A stretch of 64,000 nt of DNA, taken from contig OZ219856.1 of the NCBI GenBank assembly GCA_964291395.2, forward strand, positions 2,080,001-2,144,000, given 5' to 3'. Source of the stretch: Alphaproteobacteria bacterium. GTDB taxonomy: Bacteria; Pseudomonadota; Alphaproteobacteria; UBA2966. A model generated the notes under the pieces. The model worked only from the letters and a program-made list of their open reading frames with translations, did not search any database and was not told the DNA's origin. Shown here piece by piece: positions 23,201 to 31,960 of the stretch. Each line of letters begins with the position of its first letter. The first letter of the stretch is position 1. The position numbers were made by a program, and so were the translations under genes.

Positions 23201-23390
23201 GTCGACCCAATGGTGGATCCAACTGGCGACCGCGGTGGCCAGCGGCCTGACGTTTGCCACCGTCCTGACCCTCGTGGTGACTCCGTCGCTGCTGGCGCTC
23301 GGCGTCAACGTGGGCACCTGGATTCAGAACCGGCGCGCCCGCTGGTCCGACCGGCGAGATCTGGCGGCCGGACCGGCCCCGGCGGAGTAA
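20220..23390 (+). CDS. RND efflux permease (AcrB/D/F family)
   Basis: 1056 aa, GMLVDSAIVV, GVVVNNNIVLID, RLRPVILT; ATGA overlap with adaptor. Confidence 0.96.
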   Translation: MTGLIDAALGHSRTVLLALVLILITGTIAYITIPKESNPDVNIPIIYVSMTHEGISPEDAERLLVRPMEKELQSIEGVKEMRSNASEGHASVLLEFEAGFDADAALQDVRESVDVAKGELPEDTDEPVVNEVNAGLFPVLVVALSGDVPERTLLKLARHLRDELEGLPGVLEADIAGDRDEVLEIVVDPLRLENYNVRYEQLLENVARNNQLIAAGALDTGHGKFAVKVPGLFKTLDDVLSLPVKVDGDAVVTVADITTVRRAFKDATAFARFDGKPAIALEIKKRLGENVIDTIEDVRRVTEAEADEWAEAVNVSFIQDQSVQIRNMLTDLQNNVVAAVILVMIVVIGALGIRTAGLVGLAIPGSFLTGILVISALGLTMNIVVLFSLILAVGMLVDSAIVVTEYADRCMAAGIHRRAAYAQAAKRMAWPITASTATTLAAFMPLLFWPGVVGEFMKFLPTTLIATLTASLVMALIFVPTVGSYVGRAGSTSPEVLAALAAGEHGDLDAIKGATGRYVRMLSAVVRHPFKVLVVAVALLIGVQTYYALHGNGVEFFPDVEPEFGQILVHARGNLSVDEMDRLVREVEHEVLQVPGLETVYTRVGTRDGGGQELSEDVVGVIQVEFKDWTLRRPANEIFAEIQRRTDHLAGVFVEATEPDAGPPTGKPVQVHLSSRHPEAIEPVLKRILAKIRTIEGLIDIEDTRSTPGIEWQISVDREQAGRFGANVVHVGNVVKLVTNGLKVGDYRPDDADEEVDIRVRYPTDERTLNQLDTLRVTTEAGLIPISNFVDRTPQEKVGTVHRTDGRRVLAIKADVAEGVLADDKVSEIRAWLDTQEFDPRVEIEFKGEDEEQKKAEAFLLKAFGIALFIMAIILVTQFNSFYHAFLILSAVIMSTIGVMIGLIITGQAFGIVMTGVGVITLAGVVVNNNIVLIDTYDRLREAGIPALEAVVRTGAQRLRPVILTAVTTVLGLMPMVLGLNINLFTRDITVGGGSTQWWIQLATAVASGLTFATVLTLVVTPSLLALGVNVGTWIQNRRARWSDRRDLAAGPAPAE

Positions 23391-23393
23391 CAT

Positions 23394-23422
23394 CTTGAAA
23401 TTTCCGGAATCCGTTCCTACGT
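23394..23422 (+). promoter_or_regulatory. Putative sigma-32 (RpoH) promoter
   Basis: CTTGAA-N16-CCTACGT, close to the rhizobial RpoH consensus CTTGAA-N15/16-CCTATAT. Confidence 0.55.
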
Positions 23423-23585
23423 TGGAAGCGTACGTTTGCGCCGCGCTCGACTCCCCTGAACGGCGCCGCCTCTCGAATTGGGGGCGAAGAAACGGGAATG
23501 CGGCCTACGGGACACCATGCCGTCGGAGCACCAGGTCGACAACGATTTGTACGTGACCAGTCCCCACCTGCTGGGAGGACGACTC

Positions 23586-24437
23586 ATGCCCCTGCCCTCA
23601 CCGGACACCGGCCTATCCGCTTACCTGCGTGACATTCGACGGTACCCGCTCCTGAGCGCGGAGGAGGAGCGGCGTCTGGCGCACCGCTGGCAGGAGTCCG
23701 GCGATTCAGCGGCCTTCGAACAGCTTATCGGCAGCCACCTGAGGTTGGTCGTGGGGCTCGCAAAAAGGGCCGGCGGTTACGGCCTCCAAACGGCGGATCT
23801 CATCGCCGAGGGAAACATCGGCCTGATCGAGGCGGCGCGCAGGTTTGACCCCGATCGCGGGAACCGGTTCTCAACCTATGCCATCTGGTGGATCCGGGCG
23901 GCCATTCAGCACTACGTGTTGGACAATGCCTCCGTGGTTCGCCTCGGTACGACGGCGGGTCAGAAGAAGCTGTTCTTCAACCTGAGCCGGCTGAAGGGTG
24001 AACTCGGCGAATTCGACGACGACAACATATCGAGCGGCGCGGTGACATCGATCGCCGAACGATTGGGCGTACGGGCCGATGAAGTCATCGACATGAACGG
24101 CCGCCTCGCGCGCGGCGACTATTCCCTCAACGTCCCCGTGACCCAGCAAGGTGAAACCAACTGGCAAGACCTGTTGGCCGACGAATCGGTCGACATGGAA
24201 GCCGAGATTGCGGATGACGACGAACTGAGCTATCAGCGTGCCCACGTTCGGCGTGGACTGAGTGAACTCAGCGATCGGGAGCGGGACATCCTGGTCCGCC
24301 GCCACCTGAATGACGACCGTGAAACTCTGGCAGTTCTGAGTCAGGAATACGGCGTGTCGCGGGAGCGCATCCGGCAGATCGAGACGGCGGCCCTGAACAA
24401 GCTCAAGAAAGCCGTGTCACGCGCGGATATTCATTGA
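23586..24437 (+). CDS. rpoH: RNA polymerase sigma-32 family factor (RpoH paralog)
   Basis: DLIAEGNIGL, RFSTYAIWWIRA, RpoH box QKKLFFNL, VSRERIRQIE. Confidence 0.88.
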   Translation: MPLPSPDTGLSAYLRDIRRYPLLSAEEERRLAHRWQESGDSAAFEQLIGSHLRLVVGLAKRAGGYGLQTADLIAEGNIGLIEAARRFDPDRGNRFSTYAIWWIRAAIQHYVLDNASVVRLGTTAGQKKLFFNLSRLKGELGEFDDDNISSGAVTSIAERLGVRADEVIDMNGRLARGDYSLNVPVTQQGETNWQDLLADESVDMEAEIADDDELSYQRAHVRRGLSELSDRERDILVRRHLNDDRETLAVLSQEYGVSRERIRQIETAALNKLKKAVSRADIH

Positions 24438-24459
24438 CCGGGACTTGTCCCGGCGTGCG

Positions 24460-25278
24460 TCAGTCGCCGACCTCTTCCTCTTCCGGCGGGGCATTCGAGA
24501 GCTCCTCGACCGAAACACCTTCACTTGCCGAAGCGGCACGGCGGCGGTAGCTCCGCATGCTCAGGGGCATGCTCGCCAGATAAAGCACGCCGATGCCCGT
24601 CAACATCTGCCACGGATAGCTCCAAAGCACGGCGGCGAGCAACCCAACCACGATCAAGACGGGCAGGATGTACTCGCGCCGGACGCGCAGTCGCTTGAAC
24701 GAATACGTCGGCACCTTGCTCACCATCAGGAAGGCGACGGCGGCGACCACGAATGCGTTGACCAGCGGGTAATGGAAGAACGATTCGGCGACTTGAAAGC
24801 TCAACATGACCGGCAGCAACACCAATCCCCCGGCCGCGGGTGCCGGAACCCCCATGAAGAAGTTGGTCATCCACGTCGGCTGGTTGGCGGAGTCCAGTGC
24901 CGTATTGAAGCGCGCCAGCCGCAAGGCGCAACAGACGCTGAACGCCAGTACCAGGATCCAGCCCACACCACCCAGATCGTTCAACGTCCACCGGTACAGA
25001 AGAATGGATGGCGCAACACCAAAACAAACGAAATCGGACAACGAGTCGAGCTCGGCGCCGAACTTGGACGTGCCCTTCAACAATCTCGCCAGGCGCCCGT
25101 CCAGACCGTCGAACAACGCAGCGACCAGGATGGCCATGACGGCGAGCTGCCAGCTCTCGTTCAGCGAGAAGCGTATCGACGTCAGACCGGCACAGAGCGC
25201 CAGCACCGTCAGCATATTGGGCGCCAGACTGTTGACGGGCAGCGATCGCAATCCCGCGGTGCGCGCCCTCAAGATCAT
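24460..25278 (-). CDS. pssA: CDP-diacylglycerol--serine O-phosphatidyltransferase
   Basis: DGLDGRLAR...FGAELDSLSD CDP-alcohol motif; adjacent to psd. Confidence 0.95.
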   Translation of the reverse strand: MILRARTAGLRSLPVNSLAPNMLTVLALCAGLTSIRFSLNESWQLAVMAILVAALFDGLDGRLARLLKGTSKFGAELDSLSDFVCFGVAPSILLYRWTLNDLGGVGWILVLAFSVCCALRLARFNTALDSANQPTWMTNFFMGVPAPAAGGLVLLPVMLSFQVAESFFHYPLVNAFVVAAVAFLMVSKVPTYSFKRLRVRREYILPVLIVVGLLAAVLWSYPWQMLTGIGVLYLASMPLSMRSYRRRAASASEGVSVEELSNAPPEEEEVGD

Positions 25279-25983
25279 CTATCGCACCTCTCCCCGACGC
25301 GGCCCTTCCCGTGACCTCGCGTCGGCAATCACCGTCTCGCCGGCGACCGTCCGCTGGCCGGCAACGACGAGGGGTGACATCCCCGAATCCAGATAGACGT
25401 CCACCCGGCTTCCGAAGCGGATCATACCGAAACGCGCACCCGCCTGCACCCGATCGCCCTCCGCGACATCGCATACGATCCGCCGTGCAATCAATCCGGC
25501 GATCTGTACCACCGCGACCTTGCGTTCGTCGGTCATCCGGATCGCCAAGGCCTGTCGCTCGTTGTCATCGCTCGCCTTGTCAAGAGCGGCGTTCACGAAT
25601 TTTCCAGGACGATAGCTCGCCTGCGTCACCGTGCCGTCCACCGGCACTCGATTCACGTGCACGTCGAAGACGTTCATGAAAACGCTGATTCGCGGCCTTG
25701 GCGCATCACCCAGGTCGAGTTCCGCCGGCGGGACCGCCGGTTCCACCATCTGAATCACACCGTCCGCGGGACTGAGCACGAGTCCGTCCCGGACCGGTGA
25801 CACACGCTCCGGATCACGGAAGAAATAGGCGCACCACACCGTGAGCACGAGCGCCGCCCACCCCAAGGGCTCGAAGACATAGAACATCACCAAGGTGATG
25901 ACCGCGAAGACCGCCAGGAAGCGGTAGCCCTCGCGGTGTATCGGAACCAGTACGGACTTGACAGCGTCCATCCGTGCATCCAT
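25279..25983 (-). CDS. psd: Phosphatidylserine decarboxylase proenzyme
   Basis: FFRDPER, SPADG, FDVHVNR, RFGSRVD cleavage motif. Confidence 0.96.
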   Translation of the reverse strand: MDARMDAVKSVLVPIHREGYRFLAVFAVITLVMFYVFEPLGWAALVLTVWCAYFFRDPERVSPVRDGLVLSPADGVIQMVEPAVPPAELDLGDAPRPRISVFMNVFDVHVNRVPVDGTVTQASYRPGKFVNAALDKASDDNERQALAIRMTDERKVAVVQIAGLIARRIVCDVAEGDRVQAGARFGMIRFGSRVDVYLDSGMSPLVVAGQRTVAGETVIADARSREGPRRGEVR

Positions 25984-26002
25984 GACTGCGGGCGGGCGGA
26001 GT

Positions 26003-27895
26003 TTACCCGGCCGGAGGGCCCGCGGGAACGGTGGACGACCCGCCCTCGAGATCGTGTTCCAGCGGCCCCAACGCTTCGGCCAACCTCTCCTGATACTCGG
26101 CCGCCTGCTGCTGGCGGCGCCACATCGCCGCGTACAACCCGTCCCGCGCCATCAACGCGCCGTGGGACCCCCGTTCCACGACGCGGCCGGCATCGAGAAC
26201 CAGGATCTCGTCGGCATCGACGATCGTGGACAGGCGATGCGCAATGATCAGCGCCGTGCGATCCGCGGAGACCTCACGGATGCTGTCCTGAATTTCTTTC
26301 TCGGTATGGGTGTCGAGCGCGGAAGTCGCCTCGTCGAACAGGAGTATGGCGGGTTTCTTCAGGATGGTTCGCGCGATCGCCACGCGTTGTTTCTCGCCCC
26401 CGGAAAGCTTGAGCCCCCGCTCCCCCACGACCGTCTGGTACCCTCGGGGCAGACCGGAAACGAAGTCGTGGACATGGGCCATGCGTGCGGCTTCCTTGAC
26501 GTCCGCATCGGTCGCGTCGGGTCTTCCGTACCGGATGTTGTACTCGATCGTGTCGTTGAACAGCACCGCGTCCTGCGGCACGATTCCGATCACGGACCGG
26601 TAGGAATCCTGAGAGATGTCCCGGATGTCCTGACCGTCGATGCGGATGGCACCCTCGGTAACGTCGTAGAAACGAAACAGCAGTCTCGAGATCGTGGACT
26701 TGCCGGCACCGCTCGGCCCGACGATGGCGAATGTCCGACCCGCGGGGACGGTGAACGACAGGTCATGAATGACTTCACGGTCCGCCTCATATCCGAAACA
26801 CACCCGATCAAAGGTGATCTCTCCCCGGGCAACGCCCAGCACGCGCGCGTCCGGCCGGTCCTCGACCTCCTTCTCCACGGCCAGCAGGCGGAACATCGCC
26901 TCCATATCGACCAGGGCCTGCTTGATCTCGCGATAGACGAAACCCAAGAAACCGAGCGGAAGATAGAGTTGAATGAGAAGGGTGTTGACGAGCACGAAAT
27001 CCCCGATCGTCATCGTGCCGTCCCGCACCCCGATGGCGGCCAACAGCATCACGCCGATCAGCCCCGACGCAATGATCAAGCCCTGCCCGATGTTCATCCC
27101 CGAGAGCGTGATCTGACTTATGACGGCCGCCTTCTGGTATCTCTCCAGGGACCGATCGAATCGCTCTTCTTCATGTGCCTCGTTCCCGAAATACTTGACG
27201 GTTTCGAAGTTCAGCAGGCTGTCGATCGCCATCGTGTTGGCCTCGCTCTCCGAGCGGTTCATCTCGCGGCGGTATTTGATGCGCCACTCGGTGAAGAGCG
27301 CGGTGAACGCGATGTAGCCGCCGACGCTGAGGAACGTGATCGCGGCGAACCAGAAATCGTAGCGGTAGAGGAGAATGCCGCAGACCAGCCCGATTTCGAG
27401 CAGTGTCGGGAGCACGTTGAACAGCGTGAAGCGCAGCAGAAAGTCGATCCCCCTCGTCCCCCGCTCGATCGATCGGGACAGCCCGCCCGTCTGCCGTTCC
27501 AGGTGGAAACGCAGAGACAGCCGGTGCAGATGATGAAAGGTGTTGAGCGCGATCGCGCGCAGCGCATGCTGGCCCACACGGGCGAACACGGCATCCCGCA
27601 ACTCGCCAAAGGCCTGCGACATCACACGCGCCACGCCGTAGCCGATGATGACGAATATCGGAATGGCGACGATTGCCGCACTGTCGATCGTCAGGGCGTC
27701 GACGGCCGCCTTGTAGAGGAAGGGCACGTAGACGGTCGTTACCTTCGCCGCGGCCAGACATCCGAGAGCGATCACGACGCGGAGTTTCAGCCCAGGCCGG
27801 CCGCGCGGCCACAGGTAGGGGAGCAGCGCGCGTAAAGTCCCAAGGTGCGCCGAGGGCGTTTCGCCTCCGACGTCGTTAGCGGAAGGCAGGCTCAT
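26003..27895 (-). CDS. ABCB (ATM1/HMT1-like) ABC transporter, fused permease and ATPase
   Basis: [32 protein letters not shown]. Confidence 0.95.
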   Translation of the reverse strand: MSLPSANDVGGETPSAHLGTLRALLPYLWPRGRPGLKLRVVIALGCLAAAKVTTVYVPFLYKAAVDALTIDSAAIVAIPIFVIIGYGVARVMSQAFGELRDAVFARVGQHALRAIALNTFHHLHRLSLRFHLERQTGGLSRSIERGTRGIDFLLRFTLFNVLPTLLEIGLVCGILLYRYDFWFAAITFLSVGGYIAFTALFTEWRIKYRREMNRSESEANTMAIDSLLNFETVKYFGNEAHEEERFDRSLERYQKAAVISQITLSGMNIGQGLIIASGLIGVMLLAAIGVRDGTMTIGDFVLVNTLLIQLYLPLGFLGFVYREIKQALVDMEAMFRLLAVEKEVEDRPDARVLGVARGEITFDRVCFGYEADREVIHDLSFTVPAGRTFAIVGPSGAGKSTISRLLFRFYDVTEGAIRIDGQDIRDISQDSYRSVIGIVPQDAVLFNDTIEYNIRYGRPDATDADVKEAARMAHVHDFVSGLPRGYQTVVGERGLKLSGGEKQRVAIARTILKKPAILLFDEATSALDTHTEKEIQDSIREVSADRTALIIAHRLSTIVDADEILVLDAGRVVERGSHGALMARDGLYAAMWRRQQQAAEYQERLAEALGPLEHDLEGGSSTVPAGPPAG

Positions 27896-27970
27896 AGCCG
27901 CCCGATGGCTCGTGAACGGTTCGCGCGTCGGTCCGCATGAAGTTCAAAGTGGGTATTGGAACCCAAGAAC

Positions 27971-29680
27971 TCAATGTTGCGGCGGCAGCGTAAAAATCTG
28001 ACCGGGATAGATCAGGTCCGGATCCTCGATCTTTCCGGCATTCGCGGAATAGATCACGGTGTAAAGAACGCCCTGCCCATACGCGGCGCGCGCAATCCGC
28101 CACAGGCTGTTTCCGGGTTGAACGATGAAGCGAAGTTCGCCCGGTCGCAGGCTTGCTTCGACGACGTCCGCACGCATAAACGGCATTTCCGTCGACGTGA
28201 TGATCCTGCCCGCCTCATCGACACTGGCGACCGACAAAGTGTGATCCCCGATGGCGACAGCCTTGGCCGGGGTCAATTCCCAGTACCCCGTGTCGTCGGC
28301 AACGGTCGAGCCGATGCCGCGGTCATCAATCTTGACCCGCACTTCCGACCCGGGCGATGCGACCCCCGCCAGGACCAGACGACCCCGCTCGTCGTAGTTG
28401 ACGGCGCTCAATTGCACGGTATCGCCCGACAGAGCGTCGGGTGAAACGGTCGGTCCCTGGAGCACGCGGCTGGCGCCGAAGGTCTCCCGAGGTATGGCGA
28501 CAGCGATAACCTGCCGGGGTTCCCCTGCGGTGACGCGAGGCGTATCTCCTGCCGCCGGCACTTCCCGATCAGGGATCATCACGACCACGACGTGCTCCGA
28601 TTTCGTCGTCTCGCCTTCCTCGTCCAGAGCACCAAGCGAAAGGGTTTGCGCTCCACTTTCGAGCGGCGCCTCCGGAACGAGAACCCACTCCCCCCGATCA
28701 TCAGCCTTTACCGTTCCGACGACATCTTCCCCCGCATAAACGGTCACTTCCGACTTGGGCGACGCCCGCCCCGCGATGACCGCATTTCCTTCAGGGTTGA
28801 CTCGCACCACGTCAAACGCGGGGTCGGCGGACGGCGGCGCAGCTTGCGACACTCCGGGAAGTTCCGTCCGACCCTCGCTCCGGGGCGGGACAGTCGGTGC
28901 TTTGGAGAGTTCCGGACGGCCCTCGCCCGGAGATGGGACCGTCGGCGCGGCTGCCGGCGCCCGTGCGACAGCCGGTTCCGAAGGCTCGGTCCGGGGCGGG
29001 ACCGTCGGTGCTTTGGATGTTTCGGGACGCCCCTCGCCCCGAGATGGGACCGTCGGCGCGGTTGCCGGCGCCCGTGCGGCGGCTGACTCCGAAGGCTCGG
29101 TCCGGCGAGGGACCGTGGACGCTCCGGAAAGTTCCGTCCGGCTCTCGCTACGGGGCGGGACCGCCGGTGCTTTGGAAAGTTCCGGCCGGCCTTCGCTCCG
29201 GGACGGGACCGTCGGCGCGGTTGCCGGCGCCCGTGCGACGGCCGGTTCCGAAGGCTCGGTCCGGGGCGGGATCGTGGACGCTCCGGAAAGTTCCGTCCGG
29301 CTCTCGCTACGGGGCGGGACCGCCGGTGCTTTGGAAAGTTCCGGCCGGTCCTCGCTCCGGGGCGGGACCGTCGGCGCGGTTGCCGGCGCCCGCGCGACGG
29401 CCGGTTCCGAAGGCTCGGTCCGGGGCGGGATCGTGGACGCTCCGGAAAGTTCCGTCCGGCTCTCGCTACGGGGCGGGACCGCCGGTGCTTTGGAAAGTTC
29501 CGGCCGGTCCTCGCTCCGGGGCGGGACCGTCGGCGCGGTTGCCGGCGCCCGCGCGACGGCGGGTTCCGGAGGCTCGGTCCGGAACATGACGTAAAACACC
29601 ACGCCACCCACCACGGCGATGGCCACCACCGCCGCCACGATCAGCCTAATCAATGAGTCCCGACGGGTTCGCCTGTTCAT
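27971..29680 (-). CDS. Membrane-anchored LysM peptidoglycan-binding protein with Pro-rich repeats and Ig-like domains
   Basis: N-terminal TM, repeats, FDVVRV domain, C-terminal LysM (VQPGNSLWRIA...PDLIYPGQ). Confidence 0.92.
   Translation of the reverse strand: MNRRTRRDSLIRLIVAAVVAIAVVGGVVFYVMFRTEPPEPAVARAPATAPTVPPRSEDRPELSKAPAVPPRSESRTELSGASTIPPRTEPSEPAVARAPATAPTVPPRSEDRPELSKAPAVPPRSESRTELSGASTIPPRTEPSEPAVARAPATAPTVPSRSEGRPELSKAPAVPPRSESRTELSGASTVPRRTEPSESAAARAPATAPTVPSRGEGRPETSKAPTVPPRTEPSEPAVARAPAAAPTVPSPGEGRPELSKAPTVPPRSEGRTELPGVSQAAPPSADPAFDVVRVNPEGNAVIAGRASPKSEVTVYAGEDVVGTVKADDRGEWVLVPEAPLESGAQTLSLGALDEEGETTKSEHVVVVMIPDREVPAAGDTPRVTAGEPRQVIAVAIPRETFGASRVLQGPTVSPDALSGDTVQLSAVNYDERGRLVLAGVASPGSEVRVKIDDRGIGSTVADDTGYWELTPAKAVAIGDHTLSVASVDEAGRIITSTEMPFMRADVVEASLRPGELRFIVQPGNSLWRIARAAYGQGVLYTVIYSANAGKIEDPDLIYPGQIFTLPPQH
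28860..29582 (-). repeat. In-frame 159-bp (53-aa) tandem repeat, about 3 full plus 2 partial copies
   Basis: Unit PAVARAPATAPTVPPRSEDRPELSKAPAVPPRSESRTELSGASTIPPRTEPSE repeated nearly identically in DNA. Confidence 0.93.
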
Positions 29681-29841
29681 GGGTCTGACGCATTATGGGG
29701 ATGGAGGCGTGGATTTGAAAATCGTTTTATCTCAACGGACGGACGTCGGAAGATCCGCGACATGCCGCAGATCCGTCACATGCACACTGGCCACGAAGAC
29801 AGGGATGCCGCTCTCGACATCATCCCCATGGCCATGCCTGC

Positions 29842-30171
29842 CTATCCGGCAATACCGAGGAATACGAGGATGGCTCGATCGACCTGGCGCATATCCGAAG
29901 TCGAGAGAACTCCGATGCGTCGCCTCAGGCGAGCCCGACGGACGGTCGTGATCTTATCGACCATGACGCGGCAGACCTCATCGAGATCGTTCTCGGCGCT
30001 CGGGGAGAGCGCCACGCGAAACAGTGGGGCATCAGTCGGATCTCTGGTCAATGCACAGACCGTGACAGAGCTTGAATACTCAAAGCGGTCGTCCTGAACG
30101 ATCACGACGGGTCGCGGCTTGCCGGTGTAATCGCCACCGCCTGCGGCGGTCCACAGCTCCCCCCGTTTCAC
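29842..30171 (-). CDS. mazF: PemK/MazF family toxin
   Basis: MKRGELW...KPRPVVIVQDD...MVDKITTV; 4-bp overlap with antitoxin. Confidence 0.92.
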   Translation of the reverse strand: MKRGELWTAAGGGDYTGKPRPVVIVQDDRFEYSSSVTVCALTRDPTDAPLFRVALSPSAENDLDEVCRVMVDKITTVRRARLRRRIGVLSTSDMRQVDRAILVFLGIAG

Positions 30172-30395
30172 CCGGCGTCGGTCTCACCGATGGCATCGAC
30201 AAAGGCCTGATCGTCTTCGGCGTAATCGCTGCCGGCCACCAACAGGGATTGTCTGCGGGCTTCGGCCGGGAAGCCCGGCGTTCGGGTATCGGGCACCCAT
30301 ACCTGCACTGGCCGCAGCCCCTGCTCACGCAGCTTGGCGCGATACCGGCGAACCCTGCCGCGAGTGGGCTCCGGACTCCCAGGGGCGCTCTTCAT
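30168..30395 (-). CDS. MazE-like antitoxin (DUF3018 type)
   Basis: RVRRYRAKLREQGLRPVQVWVPDTR; directly upstream of toxin. Confidence 0.88.
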   Translation of the reverse strand: MKSAPGSPEPTRGRVRRYRAKLREQGLRPVQVWVPDTRTPGFPAEARRQSLLVAGSDYAEDDQAFVDAIGETDAG

Positions 30396-30412
30396 GTCGC
30401 ATCCCTTATCTT

Positions 30413-30424
30413 GTTACATGTAAC
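30413..30424. promoter_or_regulatory. TA operator palindrome GTTACATGTAAC
   Basis: Perfect 12-bp palindrome about 18 bp upstream of the antitoxin start. Confidence 0.65.
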
Positions 30425-30689
30425 CTAGAGCCGTTCGCGCTGAAACGCAAGATGAGCGCCGGCGCCTCGCTGCAAGGCCAAAGCTTCCCGGCTACCGGAT
30501 AATGTGCGGGGCATCTTGCGCACCCGGAATTCGCGCGTATGGTTCGCCCCGCGTTACCAAGTCGTTGTTGCTTAACCGATTGCCCGCGCGAACGGGCGGC
30601 CAGGTTTCTTCCCCGACGTTGTGAACGTTCTTCAAGGGGCGCCGCATGAGGCGGCGCCTCCTCGCCCAACTGTCGCGAAAGGAAATGGA

Positions 30690-30899
30690 ATGGCTACAGG
30701 TACAGTCAAATGGTTCAACCCTCAAAAGGGCTACGGGTTCATCGAGCCCGAGGATGGCTCCCGGGACGTGTTCGTCCATATCAGCGCCGTCGAGAGGGCT
30801 GGCCTTGGCACCCTGAACGAAGGTCAGAAGGTGTCCTTCGAGGTCGTGCCCGGCCGGGACGGCAAGTCGTCCGCCGAGAACCTCGCTGTCGTCGGATGA
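30690..30899 (+). CDS. cspA: Cold-shock protein
   Basis: [26 protein letters not shown] (RNP1/RNP2); AAAGGAA RBS; long upstream leader. Confidence 0.96.
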   Translation: MATGTVKWFNPQKGYGFIEPEDGSRDVFVHISAVERAGLGTLNEGQKVSFEVVPGRDGKSSAENLAVVG

Positions 30900-31086
30900 C
30901 ACCATGACGGGGCGGCCGGCGGCCGCCCCGCCCGCACCGAGGCGACGACCAGCAGATAGAGCGCCGCCGTCCCCGGACCCACCGTCAGCTCCTGCCCGCT
31001 GTGGCCGATCCTCTTGCCGCCCCATGGTTTCGGAATGGGCCGCGCCGGTGACGGAGGGCGCCTGAATATCGATTAAAGGACGTCGA

Positions 31087-31644
31087 TCAACCTGGTGGAG
31101 GCAGGGCTGGTGTGGCGCCGTCCGGCAGGGGCACGCGGTGCGCATTCAGCGTCATCGTGATCATCGTGTAATAGCCGATGAGTGCCGTGAGTTCGACGAT
31201 TCCGGTGGTGCCCAGTTCGTCCCAGGCCGCTTGATAAGTTTCGTCACCGACGTGCCGGTATTCCAGCAATTCACGGGTGTAGGCATAGACCGCCGCATCA
31301 TCCGAAGCGGTTAGCACGGGTTCATTGCCCTCCCGGATGGCATCGATGATGCCGGTCTCGAGACCACAGCCGCGGGCGTATCGGTCGTGATGGTGCCACG
31401 CATAGGCGCTGCTCCAGTGTTTGGCGGTCGTGAGCACGGAGAGCTCGACCAACCGGGTCGAAAGACTGGAGTGGTGTCTGTGGAACGCACCGAGCCTCTG
31501 GGCGTGATCCGCCACGACCGGGCTGTGCAGCAGGGCCATGAACAGGTCAAGCACATGTCCGCGGCGGCTTTCCTTGATTTCCTCGTAAACGCGCCGCTGC
31601 GCATCGTCGAGCTCGGATTCTTGCAATATCGGAATGCGATCCAC
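31087..31644 (-). CDS. Carboxymuconolactone decarboxylase/AhpD-like family protein
   Basis: LLHSP...LGAF...ELSVL...YAWHHH...ELTALIGYY pattern. Confidence 0.85.
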   Translation of the reverse strand: MDRIPILQESELDDAQRRVYEEIKESRRGHVLDLFMALLHSPVVADHAQRLGAFHRHHSSLSTRLVELSVLTTAKHWSSAYAWHHHDRYARGCGLETGIIDAIREGNEPVLTASDDAAVYAYTRELLEYRHVGDETYQAAWDELGTTGIVELTALIGYYTMITMTLNAHRVPLPDGATPALPPPG

Positions 31645-31960
31645 TGACCTAGTCCTCCAACTATGGTTTTACGTTTCGCCTCGTTACGTATCGATTCTCG
31701 TGCCGGCCGTCGTAATCCTCGGTTTCGACGTCAATTATGTGTGTGCGCGCGAACAGGGACGGCGTTCGATGGGCTCCAACGACACAACTTACGCCGCCTT
31801 ATCGGAGGTCGACAGCCCGGTCGGACACTGCGACGCATGTGTGTCCCGTAAATCTCGAGGTGTACAGGAAGCCGCAGGCTTCCGGCACGTTCGTGTACAT
31901 CGCTGACTTATTCACACAGGCCGGGTCGTTTGTTGGACGGTCTGCCGCTCGCTTAGGGTG

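Noticed and set aside
20211-23393. 679-aa and 343-aa antisense ORFs opposite the RND permease
   Set aside because: Shadow ORFs of a well-supported gene
25958-27835. 625-aa plus-strand ORF
   Set aside because: Antisense shadow of the ATM1-like transporter
28860-29582. Repeat array considered as a CRISPR
   Set aside because: No unique spacers; units are in-frame coding repeats of the LysM protein
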